IMG/VR virus record: IMGVR_UViG_3300043773_000921
Coordinates: 1-64,000 of that record
DNA from: a virus
DNA length: 64,000 nucleotides
Reading direction: 5' to 3' (one strand)
The first letter of the stretch is position 1; every line of letters starts with the position of its first letter. The notes beneath the pieces were generated by a model. The model was not told the DNA's origin and did not search any database. It saw nothing but the letters and a program-made list of their open reading frames with translations. Shown in pieces: positions 37,767 to 47,109 of the stretch. The translations under genes and the position numbers were made by a program.

Positions 37767-38600
37767 ATGAAAAAGCAAGAACAGAAAAGAATAGCTGAAG
37801 TCCTTGCATCGTTTATGGGTGATACCGAGCGCGGTGATCACTTCTCTATCAGTCAGAATCTTATTGGGTTTCAGACTGACAACGCTGCAAGACTATTAGA
37901 AACTTACATCAGCCTACAACCGGAAGAGATGCTTACTTGGGAAAACTCTCTTGCTGGTGTAGACCCAATATATTACTCACAGTCAGAGCATACAGCACAT
38001 ACAGCTAGACATCTATTAGAAACAGATGATGCAGAAAATGTATTAAGTGTTTCGGGCCAGGAGCAGCAACTGAAAGAGATGAACTTCTTACCTACGTTTG
38101 AGCTTATCGCTCGTATGGGTAACACATCAGGCAAATGCTTTCGTATGGCTATGCAACTAGAGAACTACTACGAAAAAGTAGCAACCAAGCCAGTAACACT
38201 TGGTGTGCTAAAGCTAGCAGTAAACTTGTTGTACAAGATGTCTGAGCAAACACAGAATAACATTCAGCTTATTCGTAATAGGTTGATGTATACCATGGAT
38301 ATGCAACTGAACTTCGAAGGCAAAAAGCTTGAACTATTGAAGTCTAAGAAAGCACACTTAGTGCCAAACATAGATAACTTCTTTAAGCTTCGTGAGCATA
38401 AGCAGATACGTTATTTCGACCCGCTTAACTGGTACTTCGAAATATACAAAGATACGCTGAAAGACATACCTCATAAGCTTTACCAAGATGTCAAGCATCA
38501 CAAGGAAGCGCAACAGGCTATTACAACTTATAGCAGTATCATAGAACATATCAAGTCGGCACACAATGTCGTTACGGGAGTTACTAAAACTCCTTTCTGA
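37767..38600 (+). CDS. Hypothetical protein
   Basis: 277 aa ORF. Confidence 0.65.
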   Translation: MKKQEQKRIAEVLASFMGDTERGDHFSISQNLIGFQTDNAARLLETYISLQPEEMLTWENSLAGVDPIYYSQSEHTAHTARHLLETDDAENVLSVSGQEQQLKEMNFLPTFELIARMGNTSGKCFRMAMQLENYYEKVATKPVTLGVLKLAVNLLYKMSEQTQNNIQLIRNRLMYTMDMQLNFEGKKLELLKSKKAHLVPNIDNFFKLREHKQIRYFDPLNWYFEIYKDTLKDIPHKLYQDVKHHKEAQQAITTYSSIIEHIKSAHNVVTGVTKTPF

Positions 38601-39294
38601 GAAAAACGTCATTCCATTAGACGCAGCAGAGCGGAACTCTTTGCTGCGTTCTTTTGGTTTTGATTGCATAAGAACATTTCAACAGCTTGATAATCTTATT
38701 GCTATGTTATTCTTAGAAAAGGTATATCTTATCGCTCCTTGGACTATTAAGGTAAGGTATGCAGATCCAGTATTCAAAGTAGCACTATGTGATATCTATT
38801 TCGAACCAATAGAAACTGTTGTTCCTATGTGGTTATGTATTGACAGTATCATAGAAGCAGGCAAGGCACCGTTGTTTAGCGTTGACAATAAAGAAATACA
38901 GGACATGGCTTTTATCACACCACAGCAGGAGTCTGACATACTTAGCTGTATGTTTTATCCAGCTGTCAAAGATGAAGAAGGTGAGTTGTATTATCCTGAG
39001 TTGTCATTTCATATTCAGTATGTACTTGATGTGATATATGGCATCAGAGGCTATGATAGTCCTAAAGGCCTGATATATGTAGCTACTGATCTAAAACTAG
39101 CAGACAAATGGCGGTTAGCTATCTGTGCTGAAGGCAAGCGTAAAATGAAAAAGCTTGTCGGTACACAGCGCTACACTATGTTTGTTGCCGGTATAGATAA
39201 CTTGAATACAGTAAGAAAGGAAACTTCACCAGTGTTTGCTGAAGAACGCGAGAAGAGTTCCAATTCCTTAACAGCTTTAATGGCAAAGTTATGA
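38566..39294 (+). CDS. Hypothetical protein
   Basis: 242 aa ORF. Confidence 0.65.
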   Translation: MSLRELLKLLSEKNVIPLDAAERNSLLRSFGFDCIRTFQQLDNLIAMLFLEKVYLIAPWTIKVRYADPVFKVALCDIYFEPIETVVPMWLCIDSIIEAGKAPLFSVDNKEIQDMAFITPQQESDILSCMFYPAVKDEEGELYYPELSFHIQYVLDVIYGIRGYDSPKGLIYVATDLKLADKWRLAICAEGKRKMKKLVGTQRYTMFVAGIDNLNTVRKETSPVFAEEREKSSNSLTALMAKL

Positions 39295-40151
39295 AAACAT
39301 TCAATGTGTCTTTATTTATGCTAGTAGTTACTATTGTAGCTTACTGCATAGTAGAAAGACCAAGAGAAAAAGCAATAGATTACAAGACTAGCGTATCTGA
39401 AAGAAGTCATTCCAGTGGAAAAATGATTAGCAGAGAACCTGTCGAACATAAACACATACATGCTGGGGCCGATGAGTTATATCCTGATGTTGGATATGAT
39501 GAAGATGGCTGGTCTAAACGTGGTTATATGTCAACTAGTGAATTTCAAGGCAGTCATTTAAAAGGTGATCAAGAAAAGCTAGCAAAGCTAAAAACTAGAA
39601 TAGGCAAAGAAAGACAAGCATTTGTAGATGACATATCTAAGAATGCTAAAGATTTGTCTGCTAAGTTTAATATTCCTGCTAGTATCATTGCTGCACAGGC
39701 TATTCTTGAATCAGGTTACGGCACTAGTAGACTAGCTGTTGTTGCTAATAATCTATTTGGTCACATGGGAGGCAAAACTAAAGACTCTCGCGGAATAACA
39801 GGTAGCATTAAAGCATACGATAAAAACATCAATGGACATACTATTAGTTATGGATTTAGGATATATGAATCCAAATGGTGGTCCATGTGGAATCACGTAC
39901 AGCTGCTGAATAAGACTTATGCACCAAGACTAATAAACATTCCAAACAAAAGAGAAGCCTGGCTTGCTGCTATTTGTGGATGTAGTGACAGTCGTATGCT
40001 TGCATCGGACTCCAAAAGACTTGCTGATAAAGGTGGTTATCTTTATGCAAGTGCTTGTGCTTGGCCGGCAAGCGATGGCGTTACTAGCAGATATGTAGCT
40101 GAGTTGAGGCATATTATTAACTCTTACAATCTATCAAAACTTGATGAATAG
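39291..40151 (+). CDS. Membrane-anchored glucosaminidase (GH73/FlgJ-like) peptidoglycan hydrolase
   Basis: N-terminal TM helix. IPASIIAAQAILESGYGTSRLA..ANNLFG catalytic signature, FRIYES, and a C-terminal Y..EL..II.SYNL..LD. Confidence 0.85.
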   Translation: MKTFNVSLFMLVVTIVAYCIVERPREKAIDYKTSVSERSHSSGKMISREPVEHKHIHAGADELYPDVGYDEDGWSKRGYMSTSEFQGSHLKGDQEKLAKLKTRIGKERQAFVDDISKNAKDLSAKFNIPASIIAAQAILESGYGTSRLAVVANNLFGHMGGKTKDSRGITGSIKAYDKNINGHTISYGFRIYESKWWSMWNHVQLLNKTYAPRLINIPNKREAWLAAICGCSDSRMLASDSKRLADKGGYLYASACAWPASDGVTSRYVAELRHIINSYNLSKLDE

Positions 40152-41016
40152 TATTGTTTATAGCGCAAGTAATTGTACAAAAGGGCATGTATCACTAAAA
40201 AGATATAATGCCCTTTACTTTTTTTCAATTATTGTAGATGAAAAAGCAGAGCATAAAACAGAAGATGTTGTTATGTCTATCTGCCAAAAGTTTGATGTAA
40301 AGTTTGATAATAATTATGGTACTGTAGAAAATAATCTGTACAATTATTTTATCAAAAACAAACTTGTTACCTGTCAAAAAGACCTATACTGGACATCAGA
40401 AATAGAGGGCATTGTTGATATTTACTATCAGTACATCGGACTAAAATACATACCGGAAGCCAAAGATTGTGAATACCATTACAAATATGATGAGTATGCC
40501 TATCTTGTTATCAATGAGAATACTATTGAGTTTTCTGATTGGTATCAGGATAAAATAGAAACATTTGTTGATGACATTGAAACGCTATTCAACATAAAAC
40601 CTACTAAAGATTATAGAAAGCCAGGCGAAATAGTTCGTTTGTTTGCGCTTGCTTGGTCTAGGTTTGAGAAAGGCGATAAATGGGCAACTAAAGATATTAT
40701 GATCAATGCAGCATTACGTATAAACGGAGCTACAAATAGCACTGGCAAAGAACGTGATGATGCACAGTACAATGGATTTTTATTTATCATTAAGAAATGG
40801 TTTTTGTATCTTTGGGAATGTAAAGATAGTAATACTCCTGACGAGTATATCTTGTCGTTAAAAGGTTTTATTCAGAAGAATCTAGAATCTTGGATAAATG
40901 ACAAAGAAAATATCTTAATTACTAATAAGATATACACTCCTGAACATGCCGAAATAAAGAAAATGTTTGTTAACGAACCAATAAGTTTCTATAAAGCACT
41001 ATGGGACTTGATATGA
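40144..41016 (+). CDS. Hypothetical protein
   Basis: ~290 aa ORF. Confidence 0.65.
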   Translation: MNSIVYSASNCTKGHVSLKRYNALYFFSIIVDEKAEHKTEDVVMSICQKFDVKFDNNYGTVENNLYNYFIKNKLVTCQKDLYWTSEIEGIVDIYYQYIGLKYIPEAKDCEYHYKYDEYAYLVINENTIEFSDWYQDKIETFVDDIETLFNIKPTKDYRKPGEIVRLFALAWSRFEKGDKWATKDIMINAALRINGATNSTGKERDDAQYNGFLFIIKKWFLYLWECKDSNTPDEYILSLKGFIQKNLESWINDKENILITNKIYTPEHAEIKKMFVNEPISFYKALWDLI

Positions 41017-41357
41017 TACGCCGTAGACTGGCAAGGTCTAATCATGCTGAGATGCCGGCACGCGAGTACGGAAAGTATTTGTATGCCAAGCACAAAGATA
41101 AGTTTGAAAGACTTTTCCTAAACTACGATATGCTTGTGCCTGACAAAGACATGGAAAATATATGTAGCGTTATGCTGCATGATATCTTTAAGTCTGTATC
41201 TCATTGCATCAGGAACAATGTTGAAGTGTCATTTACCGCAATGAAGAATTCTAAAATTAAATATTTCACAATTAGTTACGCAAGAAGATATGGCGAAGAC
41301 AGAAATATTGAAACAATCATCAGAAGAAGAAAAGACACCAGAGATACAACTGATTGA
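41013..41357 (+). CDS. Basic protein, possibly HU/IHF-like
   Basis: IFKSVSHCIRNNVEVSF...KYFTI loosely resembles the HU core. ATGA coupling at 41013. Confidence 0.4.
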   Translation: MIRRRLARSNHAEMPAREYGKYLYAKHKDKFERLFLNYDMLVPDKDMENICSVMLHDIFKSVSHCIRNNVEVSFTAMKNSKIKYFTISYARRYGEDRNIETIIRRRKDTRDTTD

Positions 41358-42102
41358 GGCAGTCCTCAATGTAATGTCTGAGGTAAACTATCTTCAGAAA
41401 GATGATACTGTTGGCACTGGCTCTGGTTCTTACAAGGGCATCTCAGATGAAAAAGTAAGAAATGAGATAAGAAAATCAATGATAACGCATGGTCTTATCT
41501 GTGTCCCTATTAAAATAGAAAAGGAGACCAAGCACGAGCGTTGGCAAGAACTAGATCCATATTCTAAAACTGGTGCTGTAAAGCAGAAGCAACAAATATT
41601 CTCTGATATTGTGTTTACTTTTAGGCTTTATCACACATCAGGTGCACACATTGAGGGCCAATCATCGGGCCATGGCATTGACTCGCAGGATAAATCACCG
41701 GGTAAGGCAATGACATATGCTATGAAGTATTTCTTGTTAAATATCTTTATGGTGCCAACTGGCGAAGACACCGACAAGATTCATAGCATGGACATTGAAA
41801 CGCCAAAGATATCACCAAAGACTGAGGTAGTTACATTGCCTAAGCCTACAGTTGATGTTCCAGAGCGCATTAACCCACAATATCCAACTGAAGAAGCTAT
41901 ACAAACTATGCTTTATGGAGGCGATGGTGTAATAATAGCTACTCATATGGACGGTATACTTGCTAACTGGAAAAAGAATGGTGCTACACTTCTGTATGGC
42001 AAGTACATTTATACTTACACACAAGGTAAATTCAATTATTTTGTTGTAGATGACATCAGAAGAGAGCATATTGTAAAGCAAGCCAAGTATAAGCATGGGT
42101 AG
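41290..42102 (+). CDS. ERF-family single-strand annealing protein
   Basis: YLQKD...YK, HGL, GHGIDSQDKSPGKAMTYAMKYFLLNIFMVPTGEDTD signature. Confidence 0.88.
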   Translation: MAKTEILKQSSEEEKTPEIQLIEAVLNVMSEVNYLQKDDTVGTGSGSYKGISDEKVRNEIRKSMITHGLICVPIKIEKETKHERWQELDPYSKTGAVKQKQQIFSDIVFTFRLYHTSGAHIEGQSSGHGIDSQDKSPGKAMTYAMKYFLLNIFMVPTGEDTDKIHSMDIETPKISPKTEVVTLPKPTVDVPERINPQYPTEEAIQTMLYGGDGVIIATHMDGILANWKKNGATLLYGKYIYTYTQGKFNYFVVDDIRREHIVKQAKYKHG

Positions 42103-43003
42103 AAAGCCTGCTGAAAAGCCGAAGGTAGTAAAAGAGCCAAAGCCTAAGATAGTAAAAGATTCTATGCTTAGGAGCTTCACAAAGCAATACAGACATAAGT
42201 TTATTGGAGGACATTTGTACATCGAATGTCCTCTTGTTTGTAGCTCTTACATACTTGCATGTAACTGGGTGCCAAAAGATGAGTTTATAGCGGAAACAAA
42301 TATAGAACTCAATAAGATTGGCAGAACAATTACCATGGCCTGTGTATTCTCTAAAGCTGATATGTGCTACTATGTTGTGTCACACCTTTGGCTTGCACAG
42401 ATGTACACCTGGTGTAACTACGACATGAAGTTGTATCTCGAGAAGATATTTACTACAATGCTAAAGAATGCATATCGTAAAGATATTGTAGAAACAACAG
42501 TAATAGTACCTCAGACTTATGTTGAGAAGCAGAAAGATGTTGAAGAAGATAAAGATTTGAAGAATAAAAGATCTAAACTGCTTGATAGAATACATACTGA
42601 GGTCGAAGAAGATTCATTTTACAGAGAGTACGGACTAACCATAAAGACCTACCGTGCTATGTGCGAAGACAGTAAAACTATTGTTGAGAACTTTGAAAAA
42701 GACACCCATGTGCTAGATTTTCATAAGTTCTTGTTCAATAAGTACAAAGTATTGCTGCGAGATACAATGAAAGTATTGGTAGAGCATGGCATCATTATAC
42801 AAGATATGAATGATGCAAACTACAAGAACAACTACTTTCTTGCTAAAGAGTTTGTAGCCTATGGCTTTGGCGTCAATATACATGATGCAGACAAAAACAC
42901 AACCTACCCATCATTTACAAGAAGAGGACTATTTACAGTGCTTCTTTTATTACACGATGCTGGCGTATTATCTAAACAAGTTATTCCAAATTTAATATTT
43001 TAA
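42095..43003 (+). CDS. Protein with C-terminal KilAC/ANT-like antirepressor domain
   Basis: L.EHGII...NNY...EFV..GFG...YPSFTRRGL..V resembles KilAC. Confidence 0.45.
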   Translation: MGRKPAEKPKVVKEPKPKIVKDSMLRSFTKQYRHKFIGGHLYIECPLVCSSYILACNWVPKDEFIAETNIELNKIGRTITMACVFSKADMCYYVVSHLWLAQMYTWCNYDMKLYLEKIFTTMLKNAYRKDIVETTVIVPQTYVEKQKDVEEDKDLKNKRSKLLDRIHTEVEEDSFYREYGLTIKTYRAMCEDSKTIVENFEKDTHVLDFHKFLFNKYKVLLRDTMKVLVEHGIIIQDMNDANYKNNYFLAKEFVAYGFGVNIHDADKNTTYPSFTRRGLFTVLLLLHDAGVLSKQVIPNLIF

Positions 43004-43005
43004 TC

Positions 43006-43407
43006 ATGAAAACACAGAAGTATCTCCCTGGCACACAGTTGTCGGGTAAAATTCTTGACACTAAAGTAGAAGATTTCTCAACTGAAAGAGGCCCGGGAGT
43101 AAAGTTTGTTATCCTCATCAAAGATGTCTGGAAAGACAAGGAAGGTAACAAGCAGGAAAGTGAGCCATATTATGCTAACTGCATTGCCTATGGTGAAAAG
43201 CTTGTAAGACAAGTGAAAGACATCGTAATGCAAAAGCAGATGGCTGTTGTTCGCGTATTGCCAAAGCTTGAGAAGTGGACTGACAATAATACTAAGCTTG
43301 AAAAGTCTACTGTTCGCTACAAAGCAACATGGGTTGAAGGTTGGTATTTTGAATCAGGTTCTTGGATTTGCTCACAAGAAGAACCTGTTGGCGACCTACC
43401 GTTCTAA
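43006..43407 (+). CDS. ssb: Single-stranded DNA-binding protein
   Basis: WKDKEG.KQE..YYANCIAYG, L..WTD and C-terminal GDLPF. Confidence 0.85.
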   Translation: MKTQKYLPGTQLSGKILDTKVEDFSTERGPGVKFVILIKDVWKDKEGNKQESEPYYANCIAYGEKLVRQVKDIVMQKQMAVVRVLPKLEKWTDNNTKLEKSTVRYKATWVEGWYFESGSWICSQEEPVGDLPF

Positions 43408-43420
43408 ATATTATTTCACT

Positions 43421-43450
43421 ATGCCTGCACAAGGAAACTGTGTGCAGGCT
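43421..43450 (+). promoter_or_regulatory. Intergenic TGCCT/AGGC-family hairpin upstream of parB
   Basis: GCCTGCACA-AGGAAACTG-TGTGCAGGC followed by TACTTTTT. Confidence 0.55.
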
Positions 43451-43468
43451 ACTTTTTAAACTATTTGT

Positions 43469-45508
43469 ATGGCTTCTAATATTAAAATTAAAAACGAAAT
43501 GTTAAAAGTAACTCCAGATTTGCTTGACTTTTCTATACCTAACCCTAGGTTTGCTGGCATAGATTATGACGTAAACGATGCTACTCCATATGGTGATGCT
43601 ATTGATAAAATGTATGGTTCGATGGTTGAGACCTATAAAAAGACAGGTTCTTTATTGCTGCAGCCAATCATATGCGAGCAAGTAAAAGGTAAGTATGTTG
43701 TTCGTGCCGGCTACACTAGAGCAATGACTTTTGTTACTCGTTATGAAGATTTGTGTAAGGAGATTGGCGCTACTGCAGAAATACCAGTTTATATCATGGA
43801 TGGCATTAACATTGTCGATTCATTGACTGAGAATGTATTGCGTAGTGAGCAACACTTTATTACATTGGCCCATGCAATCAGACAGGCTGTTGCTGTTAAA
43901 GGCGTGACACTACCAAAGATTGCTAGTCAGCTTGGCATTTCTGTAAATAGAGCAACATCACTTCGCAAGATAGCTGCACTGAACAAAGAAGCTATCAAGC
44001 TTTGCTTTGAAGGTGTTATCGATGAGTCTGGTGCCACTGCATTGTGCGATATGCCTGATGCTATACAGAAGATGATTATTGACGAGATTTATGATCGTGA
44101 TTTGCACACAGAAGGAGAAGCACTTGATGACAGAGAAATAGTGAGATTGTCTAACTATTGCATGCCGGAAATATCTGAAAGTGTTCCAGAAGAAAGCTTT
44201 GTTGATTTGTATGGTAATGTGCATCCAAATATCAAAGAAGAAAAATGGTACATCAACGTAGGTAATATGTTTGATAGGCCTAGAACATCTGATAGCGATG
44301 CAACAAAAGCTAGAGCAAGAGCATACTGGGAAAAGTTTATCGAAGAAAACAAACTCAAAGTTGTTGACAGATATGACATCATGGGCTATATATCATGCGA
44401 TATGGGTACTCATCCTGAAGAAGTTGCCTGCTGGGATTATGATGGCAACATCAGGTTCTTTGTTAAGCCATCTTTGATTGAAAGCGTTAAAGCAGAAGAA
44501 AGCTATGTTGAGAAAAAGCAAGATGCTGCTATTGAGCGTGTCAATCGTAAGATTACTAGCTTAAAAGAACAAGCAAGAAAAGATGTTGTATTCAGATTGA
44601 TGAAACAATTAAATCAAGATGGAGCATCACTAGATTATGCTGTACTTGCTTTCTTTAAAGGTATGCATATCAACAATGCTTTAAGGACTTGTATCGAGCA
44701 TTTACTTGGTGACAGCATTAGTAATGGCGCAGACCTTGTTGATAAAGCTGGTGCATCTTATGCAATGACTGTGTTTCTTCAGGCCAATCTGATGACTATG
44801 GCATCTTATACTCCTAATGTTCTTAGTATGTTCTTTAAAGACAATAACATTGATTTGGAGAAAGAATACGAGAATGAATACAGTTCTATAGAGCTTAAGC
44901 GTGCAGATATGACTGAGAAAGCAACAGAAAGATCTGAAGAGATTGATGATGATGCTAAAGCAAGACGCAAGTTTGTTGTAGATATGTGCTACACTAATGT
45001 CTATGAAACAGGCAAGAGTGTCTACAATTCTATCGATGAAGCTGATGAAGCATTGCTTACTTACATCTGCAAGAACATTGGTATTCCATACAAGGGTAGT
45101 GAGTTTATCATGAGAATGCGTGTTAAGAATCTAGTAAATCAGATACTAAACACTATTGACGATGATGCTGATGCTGAAAGTATGCTTGCTGGACTTAAAA
45201 TGCTAGATACTTGTAAGTCTAGATCTATTAGAATGTTTAACGACGCTACAAAAGAAGAAACTCTTAACGGTACAGACTTAAACACTGAACTAAAAGAACT
45301 TGCTTCAATCCTGCATGAATATGACTTTGTCAGTGCAAATGCAATGTTGCAGACATTTGATATCAAAGGCATCATAAAGTCTAGTGATACAGAGCAGAGA
45401 AGAAAAGCAATGTTTGTTTCGTTCTTTACGAAAGTGAAAGAATGCTTTAACTTCAAAACAGCATTTGCTTACAAAAACGATAAGAATAAATACCAAGTTA
45501 TTAGCTAA
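43469..45508 (+). CDS. Large ParB/Spo0J-like protein (ParB N domain + HTH + long C-terminal extension)
   Basis: NPR, LLQPII, YVVRAGYTRAM (degenerate GERR.RA box), ENVLR, HTH VTLPKIASQLGIS...L, G.I..SGA.AL. 679 aa. Confidence 0.8.
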   Translation: MASNIKIKNEMLKVTPDLLDFSIPNPRFAGIDYDVNDATPYGDAIDKMYGSMVETYKKTGSLLLQPIICEQVKGKYVVRAGYTRAMTFVTRYEDLCKEIGATAEIPVYIMDGINIVDSLTENVLRSEQHFITLAHAIRQAVAVKGVTLPKIASQLGISVNRATSLRKIAALNKEAIKLCFEGVIDESGATALCDMPDAIQKMIIDEIYDRDLHTEGEALDDREIVRLSNYCMPEISESVPEESFVDLYGNVHPNIKEEKWYINVGNMFDRPRTSDSDATKARARAYWEKFIEENKLKVVDRYDIMGYISCDMGTHPEEVACWDYDGNIRFFVKPSLIESVKAEESYVEKKQDAAIERVNRKITSLKEQARKDVVFRLMKQLNQDGASLDYAVLAFFKGMHINNALRTCIEHLLGDSISNGADLVDKAGASYAMTVFLQANLMTMASYTPNVLSMFFKDNNIDLEKEYENEYSSIELKRADMTEKATERSEEIDDDAKARRKFVVDMCYTNVYETGKSVYNSIDEADEALLTYICKNIGIPYKGSEFIMRMRVKNLVNQILNTIDDDADAESMLAGLKMLDTCKSRSIRMFNDATKEETLNGTDLNTELKELASILHEYDFVSANAMLQTFDIKGIIKSSDTEQRRKAMFVSFFTKVKECFNFKTAFAYKNDKNKYQVIS

Positions 45509-46134
45509 TGGACGCATTTCCTTTTAACAAGTTTCAAAATAGAAATATTGCTGTGGCTGTCGTTGTATACGGCGGCCCAGCTGTTTCTTTTGATGGCTTG
45601 TCAGTATTTCAGCAGAACTTGTTTCTCAATCAATTATTCGAAAAGAATATCAGGGATTTTGAGAACTACATTACGCAACATACAGATCCCCGGGATTGGT
45701 ATCTTCATTATGTACATCACACATCAATAGCAACTCCTGTTTACATAGTTGTTGTTAGAGGTGGTAGTATTGTAATGAGCGCACCAGTTACCAACGTGCA
45801 GGACATGGCATCTAAGTTTGCCAGTGTTACTGATGGTGTAAATGTGTTTGCGTACAGCAAAGAAGATAGCAGAAACTTTAATCGGTATGTGCTTAACAAA
45901 TGCTTTTCTGGAGAGATCATAAGCGACAATCATATCAGAACCAAACCATACGTGGAGTTGGTTCATGATGAGGCTACATTTGATACACTTGATGAGCATA
46001 TCTGTTATTTGAACATGAAAACTGGTGAATTTGTCAATTCTCCTCATTATCTTTACATTAACGCTGTTGAAAGACTAAAAGAGTCAACAGAGGAAAAAGC
46101 ATTATCATTTTGGAAGATTTCACAGGAGTTATGA
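45508..46134 (+). CDS. Hypothetical protein between parB and radC
   Basis: 208 aa, translationally coupled on both sides. Confidence 0.65.
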   Translation: MDAFPFNKFQNRNIAVAVVVYGGPAVSFDGLSVFQQNLFLNQLFEKNIRDFENYITQHTDPRDWYLHYVHHTSIATPVYIVVVRGGSIVMSAPVTNVQDMASKFASVTDGVNVFAYSKEDSRNFNRYVLNKCFSGEIISDNHIRTKPYVELVHDEATFDTLDEHICYLNMKTGEFVNSPHYLYINAVERLKESTEEKALSFWKISQEL

Positions 46135-46730
46135 TATTTAGAGAAAGCGAAGCAGACTACAAAAAGCCAAACAAAGAACTTATCCAAGAGCTTATCGGCG
46201 TCAAGGATACTGAAAAGCTATATGGCTATTTTCCTAATGAGTATGTTGCTTTGATTGCATCTGAAGAAGATTATATAAAGATTGGACTGAGTAAGACCGG
46301 TGCCAGAAAGCTACACATAGCAAAGAATATTGTGCCTGCTGATATAAATAATGCTCAGATAACTAGAAGTCAAGATTGTTATCAATACTTTAAGTTTATG
46401 GGCCTATTGAATCATGAAGAGTTTTATTTCTTACCATTAACTAGAAATAATGTTGCTCTTTGCAAACCAATACAACTTTCTAAAGGTGGTGTTTCTGCAA
46501 CAATAGTTGACACAAAGATATTGTTCAAAAAGATATTAGAACACAATCGTGTGTCTAGTTTTATCATTGCGCACAATCATCCTAGTGGTAGTTTAAATCC
46601 ATCGCAAGACGATATTACTCTTACAAGAAAGATAAAAGACGCTGCTTTATTACTTGATTTAAAGTTACTAGAACATTTGATTATTACTATTGATGGGTAT
46701 TATTCTTTTGTCGATAATAGTATTATATAA
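46131..46730 (+). CDS. radC: RadC-family JAB/MPN domain protein
   Basis: HEEF, LSKGGVSATIVD, AHNHPSGSLNPSQDD, LLEHLII. Confidence 0.9.
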   Translation: MIFRESEADYKKPNKELIQELIGVKDTEKLYGYFPNEYVALIASEEDYIKIGLSKTGARKLHIAKNIVPADINNAQITRSQDCYQYFKFMGLLNHEEFYFLPLTRNNVALCKPIQLSKGGVSATIVDTKILFKKILEHNRVSSFIIAHNHPSGSLNPSQDDITLTRKIKDAALLLDLKLLEHLIITIDGYYSFVDNSII

Positions 46731-46739
46731 TCACCTACA

Positions 46740-46826
46740 ATGAATAAAACAGCAAAAAGATTATTAATATTTGCTCTAATGATATTTTATATATTAGTCT
46801 TTTTGTATTGTATATTTGTAGGATGA
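46740..46826 (+). CDS. 28-aa single-TM peptide (below the ORF-track cutoff)
   Basis: MNKTAKRLLIFALMIFYILVFLYCIFVG. Fills the gap and overlaps the next start as ATGA. Confidence 0.5.
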   Translation: MNKTAKRLLIFALMIFYILVFLYCIFVG

Positions 46827-47098
46827 ACTTACGTCAATATAGAGATAAATGTTATAAAATAGCTAAAGCCACAGGGGTTTATCTGAAAGTCAAAGGGCAT
46901 GGCACAGGTAAACCCAAATGTGGCAGATTACTTAGAGCTTATGAAATAAATGACAACGAATGTCTGCTTGATATGTTTTTTGATAAAGGCTATGAAATGT
47001 ATGATCTCAAAGATGTTATCTGTTGGGTAAAAAATGGTAAGGAATATCCCTGGCCAGTATTCAAGCCTGAATCAAAAGACTTGTTTTCAGATGTTTAA
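46823..47098 (+). CDS. Hypothetical protein
   Basis: ATG 46823 (MNLRQYRDK). Confidence 0.6.
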   Translation: MNLRQYRDKCYKIAKATGVYLKVKGHGTGKPKCGRLLRAYEINDNECLLDMFFDKGYEMYDLKDVICWVKNGKEYPWPVFKPESKDLFSDV

Positions 47099-47109
47099 CA
47101 CAATGTTTA

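Noticed and set aside
43469-46730. PRTRC (ParB-ThiF) ubiquitin-like cassette
   Set aside because: No ThiF/E1, E2 or ubiquitin-like gene is recognisable, and the JAB protein is of RadC type.
46811-46818. Bacteroidota -7 promoter element TATATTTG
   Set aside because: No convincing -33 TTTG at the right spacing, and it lies within a plausible 28-aa ORF. Possible but unsupported.
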